From the NCBI GenBank assembly GCA_046329105.1, contig JAXLVH010000007.1, positions 128,515 to 192,514 on the forward strand: 64,000 bases of DNA. Reading direction: 5' to 3'. The notes beneath the pieces were generated by a model, which worked only from the letters and a program-made list of their open reading frames with translations, was not told the origin of the DNA and ran no database searches. Every line of letters begins with the position of its first letter. The stretch's first letter is position 1. This DNA comes from Flavobacteriales bacterium. Lineage in GTDB: Bacteria > Bacteroidota > Bacteroidia > Flavobacteriales_F > PHOS-HE28. Made by a program: the position numbers and the translations under genes. Shown in pieces: positions 32,219 to 41,724 of the stretch.

Positions 32219-34042
32219 TCACTGCCCGAACGCCTGCATGTCGCACAGCTTGCGGTACTGCCCGCCCGCTGCGTACAGCTGATCATGCGTGCCACGCTCG
32301 ATGATCCGGCCCTGGCCCATCACGCAGATCTCGTCGCAATGCTGGATCGTGCTCAGCCGGTGCGCGATCACCAGACTCGTACGGCCTTCGAGCATTTTGA
32401 AGAGCGCTTCCTGCACCAACCGCTCACTTTCGGTGTCCAGCGCGCTGGTGGCCTCGTCCAGGATCAGGATCGGCGGGTTCTTCAGCACAGCCCGTGCGAT
32501 GGCCAGCCGTTGTTTCTGTCCGCCGCTCAAGCGGTTGCCACCGTCGCCGATGTTCGTCTGGTAGCCCTGTTCCAGTTGCGTGATGAAACCGTGCGCGTTG
32601 GCGATGCGGGCCGCCCGCTCGATGTCGGCCTGCGACACGCCCGGCGCGCCCAGGGCGATGTTGCCCGCCACGGTATCATTGAACAGGATGCTGTCCTGCG
32701 TCACGATGCCCATCAGCGCACGCAGGTCGCGGATGCGCAGACCGCGGGTGTCCTTCCCGTCCATCAATACCGAACCTCCGGTAACGTCGTGGAAGCGCGG
32801 TAGCAGGTTCGCCAGGGTGGTCTTGCCGCCGCCGCTGGTGCCCACGAGTGCCACGCTGCGTCCCTTGGGCACAACGATGTTGATGTCCTGCAGCACAGGC
32901 GCGTTGTCGTACGCGAAGGAGACCTCCTTGAATTCGACCTGATGATCGAAGGAATGCACCGCTTGCGCATCGGCCGCTTCCTTCACGGTGTTCTCCACCG
33001 CCAGCAGATCGAAGATGCGTTGGGCCGCCGCGCCACCCCGCGTTATCGCGCTCCAGCCCTGCGAGAAGCCTTTGATGGGAGCCAGCAGTTGCGAGAAGAT
33101 GATGATGAAGCCCAGGAAGCTGTCGCCGCCCAAGCTGGGCTCCTGGCCCAGCACGAAGCTGCCACCGATGTAGGCGATGGCCGCCATCACCACCGCGCCC
33201 AGTGTTTCGCTCAGGGGCGATGCCAGGTCCTGCCGCCGCATCATGCTCACGTGGGCCCGCATCAATAGCTCGTTCTCGCGGGCGAAACGATGCTGCATGG
33301 CCGCCTCGCTGTTGAATGCTTTGATCACCCGGATGCCCGTCAGGGTCTCTTCCACCCGCGCCAGCAGGTCCGCATCCTTCTCCTGCACCCGGGCGCTGCG
33401 CTTCTTCAGGCTGCGGCTCACCCGTGCGATCAGCAGGCCGCTCACGGGCAGCATCAGCAGCGAGATCCCCGTGAGGCCCGGACTCAAGGTCACCATCGTT
33501 CCCAGGAACATCAGCACGGCGATGGGCTCGCGGAAGACCATTTCGATGTACTGCATCACGGAGAACTCGATCACGTGCAGGTCGCTGGTCATCAGGGCCA
33601 GCAGGTCGCCTTTGCGCTCGTTGCTGTGGTAGCGCAAGGGCAGGTCCAGCAGCTTGCCGTACATCTGTTGGCGCAGGTCGTACACGATGTGGTTGCGGAA
33701 ACGCGTGATCGCCAGCAGGGCCACGTACCGGAACAGGTTCTTGCACGCGAAGAGGCCCACCACCAGAAGGCAGATGGTGAGCAGCGCGCCCATGTTGCCG
33801 TACACCTCGATCAGCCGGGTGAGGCCCCAGTTGAAGGTGCCCTCTAGTCCGTCCTTGGTCCACAGTTCCAGCGGGCGCTCGTGCACCGGCTTCACCTGCC
33901 CCAACAGCAGGCGGAGGAAGGGAATGAAGAGCAGCAGGGACAGCAGGTGGAACACCGTGGCCAGCAGGTTGAACAGCGCGTTCAACACCGCGAAGCGCCG
34001 GTACGGGCGGCCGATGCGGAGGATGCGCAGGAACTGGTGCAT
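32219..34042 (-). CDS. ABC transporter ATP-binding/permease protein (MsbA-like exporter)
   Basis: Six-TM domain plus an NBD with Walker A GTSGGGKTT and signature LSGGQKQR. Start at internal Met 79 of the ORF-track entry. Confidence 0.85.
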   Translation of the reverse strand: MHQFLRILRIGRPYRRFAVLNALFNLLATVFHLLSLLLFIPFLRLLLGQVKPVHERPLELWTKDGLEGTFNWGLTRLIEVYGNMGALLTICLLVVGLFACKNLFRYVALLAITRFRNHIVYDLRQQMYGKLLDLPLRYHSNERKGDLLALMTSDLHVIEFSVMQYIEMVFREPIAVLMFLGTMVTLSPGLTGISLLMLPVSGLLIARVSRSLKKRSARVQEKDADLLARVEETLTGIRVIKAFNSEAAMQHRFARENELLMRAHVSMMRRQDLASPLSETLGAVVMAAIAYIGGSFVLGQEPSLGGDSFLGFIIIFSQLLAPIKGFSQGWSAITRGGAAAQRIFDLLAVENTVKEAADAQAVHSFDHQVEFKEVSFAYDNAPVLQDINIVVPKGRSVALVGTSGGGKTTLANLLPRFHDVTGGSVLMDGKDTRGLRIRDLRALMGIVTQDSILFNDTVAGNIALGAPGVSQADIERAARIANAHGFITQLEQGYQTNIGDGGNRLSGGQKQRLAIARAVLKNPPILILDEATSALDTESERLVQEALFKMLEGRTSLVIAHRLSTIQHCDEICVMGQGRIIERGTHDQLYAAGGQYRKLCDMQAFGQ

Positions 34043-34097
34043 GGGGTCCGGTGCGAATGTAGGGGCATGGTTTTCCGCGCACCTACATTCGCGGCCC

Positions 34098-34439
34098 ATG
34101 GACAGTTTGCGCCAGAACAAGGTGAACAGCCTCCTGCTGAAGGAGATGGCGGCCATCCTCCAGACCGAGAGCCATCGCCTGCTGCCCGGTGGGCTCATCA
34201 CCGTTACCGGCGTGCGGGTGAGCCCCGACCTCGGTGTGGCCCGTGTGTACGTGAGCCTCTTCCCGGTGAAGGACAAGGCCGCAGCGCTGGAGCGCGTACG
34301 CGAGGATGCCCATCACATGCGCGGCATGCTCGGGCGGCGCGTGGGCAAGCACATGCGCGTGATCCCCGAGATCCTCTTCTACCTGGATGATTCGCTCGAC
34401 AAGGCCGAGGAGATCGACAAACTGCTGAAGGGGTCGTAG
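34098..34439 (+). CDS. rbfA: ribosome-binding factor A
   Basis: 113-aa RbfA fold (LLKEMAAIL...VTGVRVSPDLGVARVYVS). The ORF-track entry is 5'-extended. Confidence 0.85.
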   Translation: MDSLRQNKVNSLLLKEMAAILQTESHRLLPGGLITVTGVRVSPDLGVARVYVSLFPVKDKAAALERVREDAHHMRGMLGRRVGKHMRVIPEILFYLDDSLDKAEEIDKLLKGS

Positions 34440-34440
34440 G

Positions 34441-35250
34441 ATGCAGTACGACCCCGTCAAACGCCAGCTCGGTTCGGTCTTCAACCGATCGCCGCTGCTG
34501 CGCAAGTTCTTCTACGGTCTGCTGGACCTGCTGCTGCTGCGCGCCTGGCACATCCACAAGGAGTTGCGGGCGTGGGCGGTCGACAAGAAGGACCGCGCGC
34601 TCACCATTTACGATGCGGGCGCCGGCTACGGCCAGTACAGCTACTGGCTCAGTGGGCTATCTCCCCACTGGAGCATCTCCGCCGTGGATGTGAAGGAGGA
34701 GCAGGTGGCCGATTGCAACGCCTTCTTCCAACGCATCGGTCGTTCCCGGGTGACCTTCAGCGTGGATGACGTGACCACCCATGTGCGACCCGACACCTAC
34801 GAACTGGTGGTGTGCGTGGACGTGATGGAGCACATCCTGGAGGACGAGCGCGCGCTGCGCTGTTACAGCACCAGCCTGAAGCCCGGCGGCATGCTCATCA
34901 TCAGCACCCCCAGCGACCAGGGGGGCAGCGACGTGCATGGCGAAGGCGAGGGTTCCTTCATCGAGGAGCACGTGCGCGACGGGTACAATATCGACGACAT
35001 CCGCGCCAAGTGCCTGCGCAACGGCTTCAGCAAGGTGGAGGCCCGCTACAGCTACGGCGCGCCCGGCAAGGTGAGCTGGAAGCTCAGCATGAAATGGCCC
35101 CTGCTGATGCTGAACGCCAGCAAGCTCTTCTTCATCGTCCTGCCGCTCTACTACCTGATCGCCTATCCCATCGCGTACGTGCTCAACTGGTGCGATGTGG
35201 CCATGAAGCACACCACGGGAACCGGGCTCATTGTGAAGGCGTGGCGGTGA
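34441..35250 (+). CDS. class I SAM-dependent methyltransferase
   Basis: Motif I DAGAGYG and the post-I acidic residue. Confidence 0.7.
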   Translation: MQYDPVKRQLGSVFNRSPLLRKFFYGLLDLLLLRAWHIHKELRAWAVDKKDRALTIYDAGAGYGQYSYWLSGLSPHWSISAVDVKEEQVADCNAFFQRIGRSRVTFSVDDVTTHVRPDTYELVVCVDVMEHILEDERALRCYSTSLKPGGMLIISTPSDQGGSDVHGEGEGSFIEEHVRDGYNIDDIRAKCLRNGFSKVEARYSYGAPGKVSWKLSMKWPLLMLNASKLFFIVLPLYYLIAYPIAYVLNWCDVAMKHTTGTGLIVKAWR

Positions 35251-35337
35251 GGCACGCACCTCTCCAGCCTGTTGCGGAGCCAGCGTCGCGATCAGGATGC
35301 CATACAAACTCCTGATATCTAACAACATATCTCTCAT

Positions 35338-35374
35338 CCCTGCATTTTTACAATAGAATTATAAATTTGCAGGG
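35338..35374 (+). promoter_or_regulatory. 37-nt palindromic element CCCTGCA-N23-TGCAGGG abutting the ATPase ATG; contains a Bacteroidetes-type -7 motif TAAATTTG
   Basis: Read directly from the sequence. TAnnTTTG is the Bacteroidetes sigma-A -7 consensus, implying a leaderless transcript. Confidence 0.4.
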
Positions 35375-36553
35375 ATGGCACACAATCCCTTGATAGACAG
35401 AGGGCTTCTTGTCGTTGTACTGGACCGACTGCACCACTTCCCCGCAGCAGCCATTCTGGGCCCCCGGCAAATCGGCAAGACCACACTCGCACGCATGGTG
35501 GCGGAGCGCGTTGGCAGGCCGGTGTTGTGGCTCGATCTGGAGCGCCCTTCGGATCGCGCTCTCCTGACGGATCCGTACGCCTACCTGCCGCAACATGCCG
35601 ACAAATTGGTAGTGATCGACGAGGTGCAGCGCATGCCCGAGGTGTTCCAGGCGCTTCGCGTGCTGATCGACGAGCGCCGCCGCCCGGGGCGCTTCCTGCT
35701 GTTGGGCTCCTCATCGCCCGAGATCGTGCGCCGCGCTGCCGAATCGCTGGCAGGCCGCATCGCATACATGGACCTCTATCCGCTCAACATGCTGGAAGTC
35801 GGCATGGACCACGCACATGACCTGTGGCTGCGTGGTGGTTACCCCGATGCCTTCCTGGCCCCTTCGAACGGACAGGCGGCCCATGTGCAGCTGGCCATTC
35901 TACGTTCGTTGGTGGAGCGCGATCTGCCCCAACTCGGCCTACCCGCCGCGCCGGAGGTCACGTTCACGCTCCTGCGCATGCTGGCATCGGTGCATGGCCA
36001 GCCGCTCAACATGAGCATGCTGGCCAAGTCCATGGGCCTCACGGTGAGCACCGTGCGTACCTACATCGAATTCTTCGCGCAGGCGTACATCGTTTTCCGC
36101 TTGTACAGCCACCACACCAACACGCGCAAGCGGATCACCAAGGCGCCTAAACTGTACATCACCGACAGCGGCCTGCTGCATGCGCTGCTCAACATCACGG
36201 AATTGGACCAGCTCCGCGCCACGGCCCTCATCGGGCTTTCGTGGGAGGGCTTCGTGGTGCAACAGGTACGAGCGTGGGTGGGCGGCAGGGCCGAACTGCA
36301 CTACTTCCGCACACAGGACGGGGCCGAGCTCGACCTGGTGATCACCCAGGGCACGCGGCCCATGGCGGCCATCGAGATCAAGACCACCGATGCTCCCACC
36401 TTGAGTCGCGGCAACCGCTTCGCCTTTGATGCGGTGGGCGCTCCCGTTGCGCTGATCTGCACACCAACTGCGCAGGACCATGCGCATGGCGGCGGGGTCC
36501 AGGTGTGCTCCTTGGGCACGCTGTGGGCGCATCTGGACCAGGCGCTGCGGTGA
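35375..36553 (+). CDS. AAA+ ATPase with DUF4143 C-terminal domain (AAA_14 family)
   Basis: Walker A GPRQIGKTT, Walker B VVIDEVQ, and a DUF4143-like C-terminal half. Host-like GC. Confidence 0.8.
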   Translation: MAHNPLIDRGLLVVVLDRLHHFPAAAILGPRQIGKTTLARMVAERVGRPVLWLDLERPSDRALLTDPYAYLPQHADKLVVIDEVQRMPEVFQALRVLIDERRRPGRFLLLGSSSPEIVRRAAESLAGRIAYMDLYPLNMLEVGMDHAHDLWLRGGYPDAFLAPSNGQAAHVQLAILRSLVERDLPQLGLPAAPEVTFTLLRMLASVHGQPLNMSMLAKSMGLTVSTVRTYIEFFAQAYIVFRLYSHHTNTRKRITKAPKLYITDSGLLHALLNITELDQLRATALIGLSWEGFVVQQVRAWVGGRAELHYFRTQDGAELDLVITQGTRPMAAIEIKTTDAPTLSRGNRFAFDAVGAPVALICTPTAQDHAHGGGVQVCSLGTLWAHLDQALR

Positions 36554-36663
36554 TGGTCCTCCCGCGCGACTTGGCGCAGCACCGTGCAGGCGGCTATATT
36601 GGCGGCTGGGTTCGTAAAAGGCACACCCGTTCGGCGGATGAACGAAGATCTACGTCGATTCAA

Positions 36664-37736
36664 CGTTAGCCGCAATTAAAACAGACCATGAGTGTTGAGA
36701 TAACTTTATATACTAAAAAATCAACCAAGACGGGATTGATAAAATTTCTGTCAGCAAATAATTTTAAGAAAGCTAGACATTTCATTGATGAGATGAACAC
36801 GCCTGAGAGGATTGGTTTTATGTGGTTTGAATATGACAACTATGAATCAACAACTGGTGTGGAGGCAACAGTAATAAAAATATCAGAGGAAGATAGATAT
36901 AAATATAATTGCTCTGATTGGATATTACACACAAGAACACGAGCCAGTGGGTCATTTGAGGATAAACAGAAGCAGAATGAAATAATAAAAACTGCAAGAC
37001 AGCAATTTGGAGGAACATTATACAACGATTGGTACGGAACAAATAAATATACCAATTTAGATGACTACAGGAAGTTTTCTGCACTTGAAAAGGGTATATC
37101 AATTATAGCCAACGGTTCTTTGGAGAAACTCTCACAAATAAGAAATTGCCTAAATGATTATAGGAACGAAATGTCAGAGACCCTGGCAAACATAAAACCA
37201 GAAAGTATGCGAACAATGCTTGTTTCAATAGACCCAAGTATTGTTCTTTACAACAGTTTAATGCCTTTTCTAGTTTCTGTAATTGAATATTTTTTCGGAC
37301 AAATCTTTGCAAATTATATAAAATACCATGAATCTTCAAGGCGTATGTTAGCCGAAGAAAAAGTAAAGATTGAAATATCAGACGTTATAAGCATCTTAAA
37401 AAGTGAAGATTCCCTTGAACAAATTGTGATGAAGTCTTACAATTTTCAAAATCTTGACTCAATCAACAAAGCATTCAAAAAATACACCTCCATTGATATC
37501 AACGAAACTTTAAGTCAAAAGAAGAAAGTTAGCGGAAAGATAATTAGGGTTTTGACAAACCTAGAGGCCATATTGAACGCAAGACATAAGTTTGTTCACG
37601 AACTTGACATTGATTACTGTTTATCCAAAGAAAAATATTTAGTCAATGTTTCAACGGTGGAAAAGGCGATAGAGTTGACTATTCAACGAATTAAGAAAGA
37701 TGGATTGAATATTGAAATTGAACACTAGCAGCGGCT
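36664..37736 (+). mobile_element. AT-rich (~33% GC) single-gene cassette bracketed by 9-bp inverted repeat GTTAGCCGC / GCGGCTAAC
   Basis: The compositional break against ~66% GC flanks is sharp. The inverted repeat lies 16 bp upstream of the ORF start and overlaps its stop codon. Confidence 0.55.
36688..37728 (+). CDS. hypothetical 346-aa protein with C-terminal HEPN-like motif (Rx4H: NARHKFVHE)
   Basis: Foreign AT-rich codon usage. The Rx4-6H motif near the C-terminus is the HEPN RNase catalytic signature seen in Abi-type proteins. The N-terminal ~250 aa match no family. Confidence 0.5.
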   Translation: MSVEITLYTKKSTKTGLIKFLSANNFKKARHFIDEMNTPERIGFMWFEYDNYESTTGVEATVIKISEEDRYKYNCSDWILHTRTRASGSFEDKQKQNEIIKTARQQFGGTLYNDWYGTNKYTNLDDYRKFSALEKGISIIANGSLEKLSQIRNCLNDYRNEMSETLANIKPESMRTMLVSIDPSIVLYNSLMPFLVSVIEYFFGQIFANYIKYHESSRRMLAEEKVKIEISDVISILKSEDSLEQIVMKSYNFQNLDSINKAFKKYTSIDINETLSQKKKVSGKIIRVLTNLEAILNARHKFVHELDIDYCLSKEKYLVNVSTVEKAIELTIQRIKKDGLNIEIEH

Positions 37737-38070
37737 AACACGGTTTTTGCGTCAGGAGGGCTGACGTGCAATCTTGGAACTTTGTGCTCCGAAACCCGCC
37801 CGAACACAAAGCCCGAAACCGTTAGCGGCACCCCTTCGGAAAGGCAATGAGGTTCGGCACGCACAACGCGGGCACCCCTGCATAGCACATGAATGGCGGA
37901 CTCCCCTGGGCGGCAAGGATCATCGGCAGGGGTGCGTTCGCCCAGGCCGGGATCGAGGTTCCGGTGGAGGCCGATCCGGTCGTTGCTGGAATGCCTCCGA
38001 TCGGGCGCGATCATTCCGAAGCGCATCTGCTTGCGTGATCCGACCCGTCCCGCCGTCCCGCGTTGATCCC

Positions 38071-38367
38071 ATGAACCTCTCCCTCCTCTTCGCCCGCCGC
38101 TACCTCCTGGCCAAACGGAGTACCAACGCGGTGAACATCATCACGGTGATCAGCATCACGGTGGTGGCGGTGGTCACGGCGGCCATGGCGGTGGTGCTCA
38201 TCACCCTCAACGGCATCAGCGCACTGGTGGACAAGTTGTACAGTCCCTTCGATCAGGATGTCACCATCACCTTGCGGGAAGGGAAAACATACCCGCGTGA
38301 TAGCCTGCCGCTGATCGGATCGCAAAGCCGTAACAATGGCGTTTGGAACGTTCAAGAAACTGGCTGA
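38071..38367 (+). pseudogene. N-terminal fragment (98 aa) of a LolC/LolE/FtsX-family ABC permease
   Basis: MNLSLLFARRYLLAKRSTNAVNIITVISITVVAVVTAAMAVVL matches the LolC/E N-terminus and first TM. The ORF stops after 98 codons and does not continue in any frame. Confidence 0.6.
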
Positions 38368-38444
38368 TCGCTTCCGTCGGATCGATCCGGCCGAGAGCGT
38401 ATCCCAGGTACGGTGGGGCCGGATCTTCCCCATGGCCTCAGTAT

Positions 38445-38605
38445 TATTGCAATAGACCTCCGTCCCAATTGCTCAGGGGAATGAAAAAGACTTGTCACGG
38501 TGAGCCTGCCGAACCGGTCCTTGCTTCGCCGTAGCGGCTACGCAAAGGCGCGGTCGATGGGCTCACCGTGACATTCAATAGGAATTACGACGGAGGTCGA
38601 ATGAA
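38445..38605. repeat. palindromic dispersed repeat (R1 family, copy A): TGTCACGGTGAGCC...GGCTCACCGTGACA nested inside outer inverted repeat GACCTCCGTC/GACGGAGGTC
   Basis: Perfect 14-bp inverted repeat. The internal segment GCGCCTTTGCGTAGCCGCTACGGCG is homologous to the tails of copies B and D. Confidence 0.7.
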
Positions 38606-38807
38606 GTAACCATATACCCATGGGCCATTTGTGCCAGAACGGTCGGGAATGGAACGATGCATAACTTTGATCATGCGCGAACAAGGGCCACCACATTGCG
38701 AATGATCCAGGACCCCCCCGGCTCCATCCCCCGATCCGGCAGGCCCGCTCCACGCCGACCACTACACACGACGTGATGCCATGCGGAACCAACGGCCCGG
38801 CCACCTG

Positions 38808-39467
38808 ATGTTCGTTCGATCGTTGTCCGGAGCTCTGGCCGCATTTGCGATGGTCCCTCCGCTCTTGTCCATCGCTCAGTCAAGCACGAGCGCATCATAC
38901 CACGATTGGACACTCCTGGAAAGTCGTGACGGGATCGTGTCCTATCGCGGTGGTACCAAGGTTGATGGGGCTGTTCCCACGAAAGTGGAATTGACGATCG
39001 TGGCGGAACCCGCGGATGTGGTGGCGGCGATCACCGATTTTGACGGGTACAAGGACTGGATACCGTATTGCACGTCCAGCGAGGTTTTGCGAACGGTGAA
39101 CGCTGACGAATGCTACGCGTACTATTTCATTTCACCGCCCATGGTGGCCGACCGGGATGTGGTGGTCCATAGCGTCACGATCAGGGTGATCAATGGATCC
39201 TACGAAGTCGTGATCGCCGATACGCAGGACATGTTGAAGGAGGGGCCGGAGGGTGTCATCCGCATGCCGCACTTCCTCAGCCATTACTGGATCTCGGTGG
39301 ATGGGTCCGGCGTTACGCACATCACCCACATCAACGAAACGACCCTGGGTGGGAGCATTCCCGAGTTCCTCACCAGTTGGTCCAGCCACGGGCAACCGCT
39401 CAGTACCATGCAGGCCTTGAAGGAGCGGATCCTGAAGCACAAGACCTCTGCGCTCCACCAACGCTGA
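38808..39467 (+). CDS. START/SRPBCC lipid-binding domain protein, secreted
   Basis: Signal peptide and a START-like fold (DWIPYC, alternating beta pattern). Confidence 0.55.
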   Translation: MFVRSLSGALAAFAMVPPLLSIAQSSTSASYHDWTLLESRDGIVSYRGGTKVDGAVPTKVELTIVAEPADVVAAITDFDGYKDWIPYCTSSEVLRTVNADECYAYYFISPPMVADRDVVVHSVTIRVINGSYEVVIADTQDMLKEGPEGVIRMPHFLSHYWISVDGSGVTHITHINETTLGGSIPEFLTSWSSHGQPLSTMQALKERILKHKTSALHQR

Positions 39468-39661
39468 CCGCCTGTTCGGGCAGCATGAGCGGCACGCACT
39501 GGTTGAGCCGTACCGGACAATAGCCTCGGGCGGTCACGGGTGAAAGCCTGAACGCCGCCGTGATCATGCCTGCCCGACCTGAGGAATACGGATCGCGGGC
39601 ATCGCCCCCGAACAACCCGAACCGGAAGCAGGGGACCGTACCAGGCGTTCACCCCGCCCGA

Positions 39662-40588
39662 TCATGACGCCAGGAAATCCAGGTTGCGGCGCAATCCCGC
39701 GTATTTGGTGCGTTTGACGGCGCTGCCTTCGAAGAGTTCATCAAAGAGCACCTCGGTCATGTCGTGCCATTCCGCGCTGGAGAGGTCCATCACCCGCTCC
39801 TTCGGTGCGAAGTCGGGCTCATTGTGCGCCGTGCTGAATCGATTCCACGGGCACACGTCCTGACAGATGTCGCAACCGAAGACGCGGTCTGCGAATCGCG
39901 CACGCAGATCCTGCGGCAGCGCGTCCTTCAGCTCGATCGTGAAATAGCTGATGCATTTGCTACCGTCAACCTGATATGGGGCGATGATCGCATCGGTGGG
40001 GCAGGCATCGATGCACCGGCGGCAGGTGCCGCAATGGTCGGTGGCGGGCGCATCGGTCTCCAACTCAAGATCGGTGATCAGTTCGCAGAGGAAAAAGAAG
40101 GAACCCGCACCCTGGCGGATCACGTTGGTATGCTTGCCCTGCCAGCCGATGCCCGCACGTTGGGCCCACGCTTTCTCCAGCACCGGGGCGCTGTCCACGA
40201 AGGCGCGCATGTCCACATCGCCGAAGTGCTCCACGATGAAGGCCATGAGGGGCTTGAGCCGCTTCTTCACCACCTTGTGGTAGTCGCGGCCGTAGGCGTA
40301 GGTGCTCAGTTTGGGTGCGGCGGGGTCCGTCTGCTTCACTGGCGTGTGGTAGTTGTACGCCAGGCTGATCACGCTCTTCGCGCCAGGAACCAGTTTTCGG
40401 GGATCCAAACGCATATCGAAGTGGTTGCCCATCCAGCCCATCTCCCCTTGGCGGCCTTCGCGCAGCCATCGCTCCAAGCGGGGCGCTTCCTCCTCCAGGA
40501 AAGCGGCCTTCGCCATACCGCACGCCATGAACCCGAGTCGATGGGCTTCGGCCTTGATCAGGTCGGCCTTCTCGCGGGGTGTGCGCAT
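39662..40588 (-). CDS. queG: epoxyqueuosine reductase
   Basis: QueG N-terminus plus 4Fe-4S ferredoxin motifs (CGTCRRCIDACPTDAI). Confidence 0.9.
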   Translation of the reverse strand: MRTPREKADLIKAEAHRLGFMACGMAKAAFLEEEAPRLERWLREGRQGEMGWMGNHFDMRLDPRKLVPGAKSVISLAYNYHTPVKQTDPAAPKLSTYAYGRDYHKVVKKRLKPLMAFIVEHFGDVDMRAFVDSAPVLEKAWAQRAGIGWQGKHTNVIRQGAGSFFFLCELITDLELETDAPATDHCGTCRRCIDACPTDAIIAPYQVDGSKCISYFTIELKDALPQDLRARFADRVFGCDICQDVCPWNRFSTAHNEPDFAPKERVMDLSSAEWHDMTEVLFDELFEGSAVKRTKYAGLRRNLDFLAS

Positions 40589-40718
40589 GCGGGCAAGGTA
40601 CAGGCACCGGAGGACCGTTCACAACCGGCCTTACCAGCGTGCCTTCTTGTTCCTGTCCGTTCGATGGCCGGAACAAGATCACTCGCTCGGGATCGGCCGA
40701 CTGAAGAAGGGGTTGGGA

Positions 40719-40877
40719 TCAGGGCTTGATGCCCACCAGCTTGCCGTCCTGGATCACCCACACCTTGGTGCCATGCATCTTGGCAATGCGACGGGCCTCC
40801 TTCGCGGCCCGTTTGAGGGCCTTCGTGACCGCGTCCACAAATTCGTCCGACTGCTTCTTTGCGGATGTTTTACTCAT
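40719..40877 (-). CDS. 52-aa hypothetical protein translationally coupled to the zeta-toxin-like gene
   Basis: MSKTSAKKQSDEFVDAVTKALKRAAKEARRIAKMHGTKVWVIQDGKLVGIKP. Its ATG overlaps the upstream gene's stop (ATGA). It is below the ORF-track size cutoff. Confidence 0.5.
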   Translation of the reverse strand: MSKTSAKKQSDEFVDAVTKALKRAAKEARRIAKMHGTKVWVIQDGKLVGIKP

Positions 40878-41398
40878 GGGTGTCGCTCAAGTAGTAAGGG
40901 AACAGGACCGGAGTTCTCATACACCGCCCAAACATCAGCAAGCGGGCGATAGAGCGCCGCGAAGTTAGGCCATCCGCGTTCGTAGCGTCTACGCACATCG
41001 GCATCCGGCACATGGTGCCCACCATGCTTCACCCGGTGGGCTACACGTCTGATCGCCAGTTCTGCGGACTCCAGCCGAAGGAAGACGATCTCGATGCGGT
41101 AACCATTGTCCTTCATGCGTCGAAGCAGATCCACGTAGGTACGGCCGCTCAGCGTGGATTCCAGCGCGAACGATTCACCTTTTCTGGTCAACCGCTCCAG
41201 TTCCGACAACAACAAGCGACCAGCCGCGCGAGCAGCGAGTTCAGGGTGCAACGGAGAGAGGCCCGAGGCGATCAGGTCCGCATTCACGAAGTGCAGAACA
41301 CCCTCTGCCTCAGTAAGGAACTGACGTGCGAAGGTGGTCTTCCCCGCCCCGTTCGGACCGGCAATGATGATGCACCGGGGTGAAGTGCGCTTCTTCAT
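40874..41398 (-). CDS. zeta-toxin-family P-loop kinase (AAA/UDP-GlcNAc kinase-like)
   Basis: Walker A IIIAGPNGAGKTT near the N-terminus and ~170 aa size typical of zeta toxin domain proteins. Confidence 0.7.
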   Translation of the reverse strand: MKKRTSPRCIIIAGPNGAGKTTFARQFLTEAEGVLHFVNADLIASGLSPLHPELAARAAGRLLLSELERLTRKGESFALESTLSGRTYVDLLRRMKDNGYRIEIVFLRLESAELAIRRVAHRVKHGGHHVPDADVRRRYERGWPNFAALYRPLADVWAVYENSGPVPLLLERHP

Positions 41399-41724
41399 CG
41401 GGCCGTCAACGTGGCCTGACCACCGCATGCCAAGCTCGCGAAGATCAACGTAACTTCGGCTTTCATGGGTTCCCTGTTCCCTGTTCCCTGTTCCCTGTTC
41501 CCTGTTCCGGTTCCAAGCAGCAGATCATCTACGCTCATTCGATAAAGACCTGCCAGCTTGATGGCCCGTTCCGCGCTCAGTTTCACATGCGCGCTTTCCA
41601 ACTCGCTATATGCGGACTGCCCGATGGCCAGCACCTCGGCCAGATCCTCCTGGCTCAGGCCATGTGCCGAACGCAACTCCAGCAAGCGAAGAGCGATGCG
41701 CTTCTGTTCGCGACGATGCTCCAT
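41395..41724 (-). CDS. XRE-family helix-turn-helix protein (putative antitoxin/regulator) with repeat-encoded C-terminal tail
   Basis: HTH LSQEDLAEVLAIGQSAYSELES. The C-terminus GTGNREQGTGNREQGTGNREP is encoded by the heptamer tract. The start is uncertain (Met at 41724 or 41763). Confidence 0.55.
   Translation of the reverse strand: MEHRREQKRIALRLLELRSAHGLSQEDLAEVLAIGQSAYSELESAHVKLSAERAIKLAGLYRMSVDDLLLGTGTGNREQGTGNREPMKAEVTLIFASLACGGQATLTAR
41470..41504. repeat. heptanucleotide tandem repeat (TTCCCTG)x5
   Basis: Five perfect 7-nt units, read directly. They lie inside the 3' coding tail of the HTH gene, ~70 nt upstream of the toxin start. Confidence 0.9.

Noticed and set aside
37729-38070. 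340-bp non-coding stretch after the AT-rich cassette, considered as a possible tRNA, tmRNA, RNase P or SRP RNA attachment site
   Set aside because: It contains no T-loop GGTTCRANYCC, no tmRNA tag ORF, and no RNase P P4 or SRP domain IV consensus. It is kept only as part of the island description.
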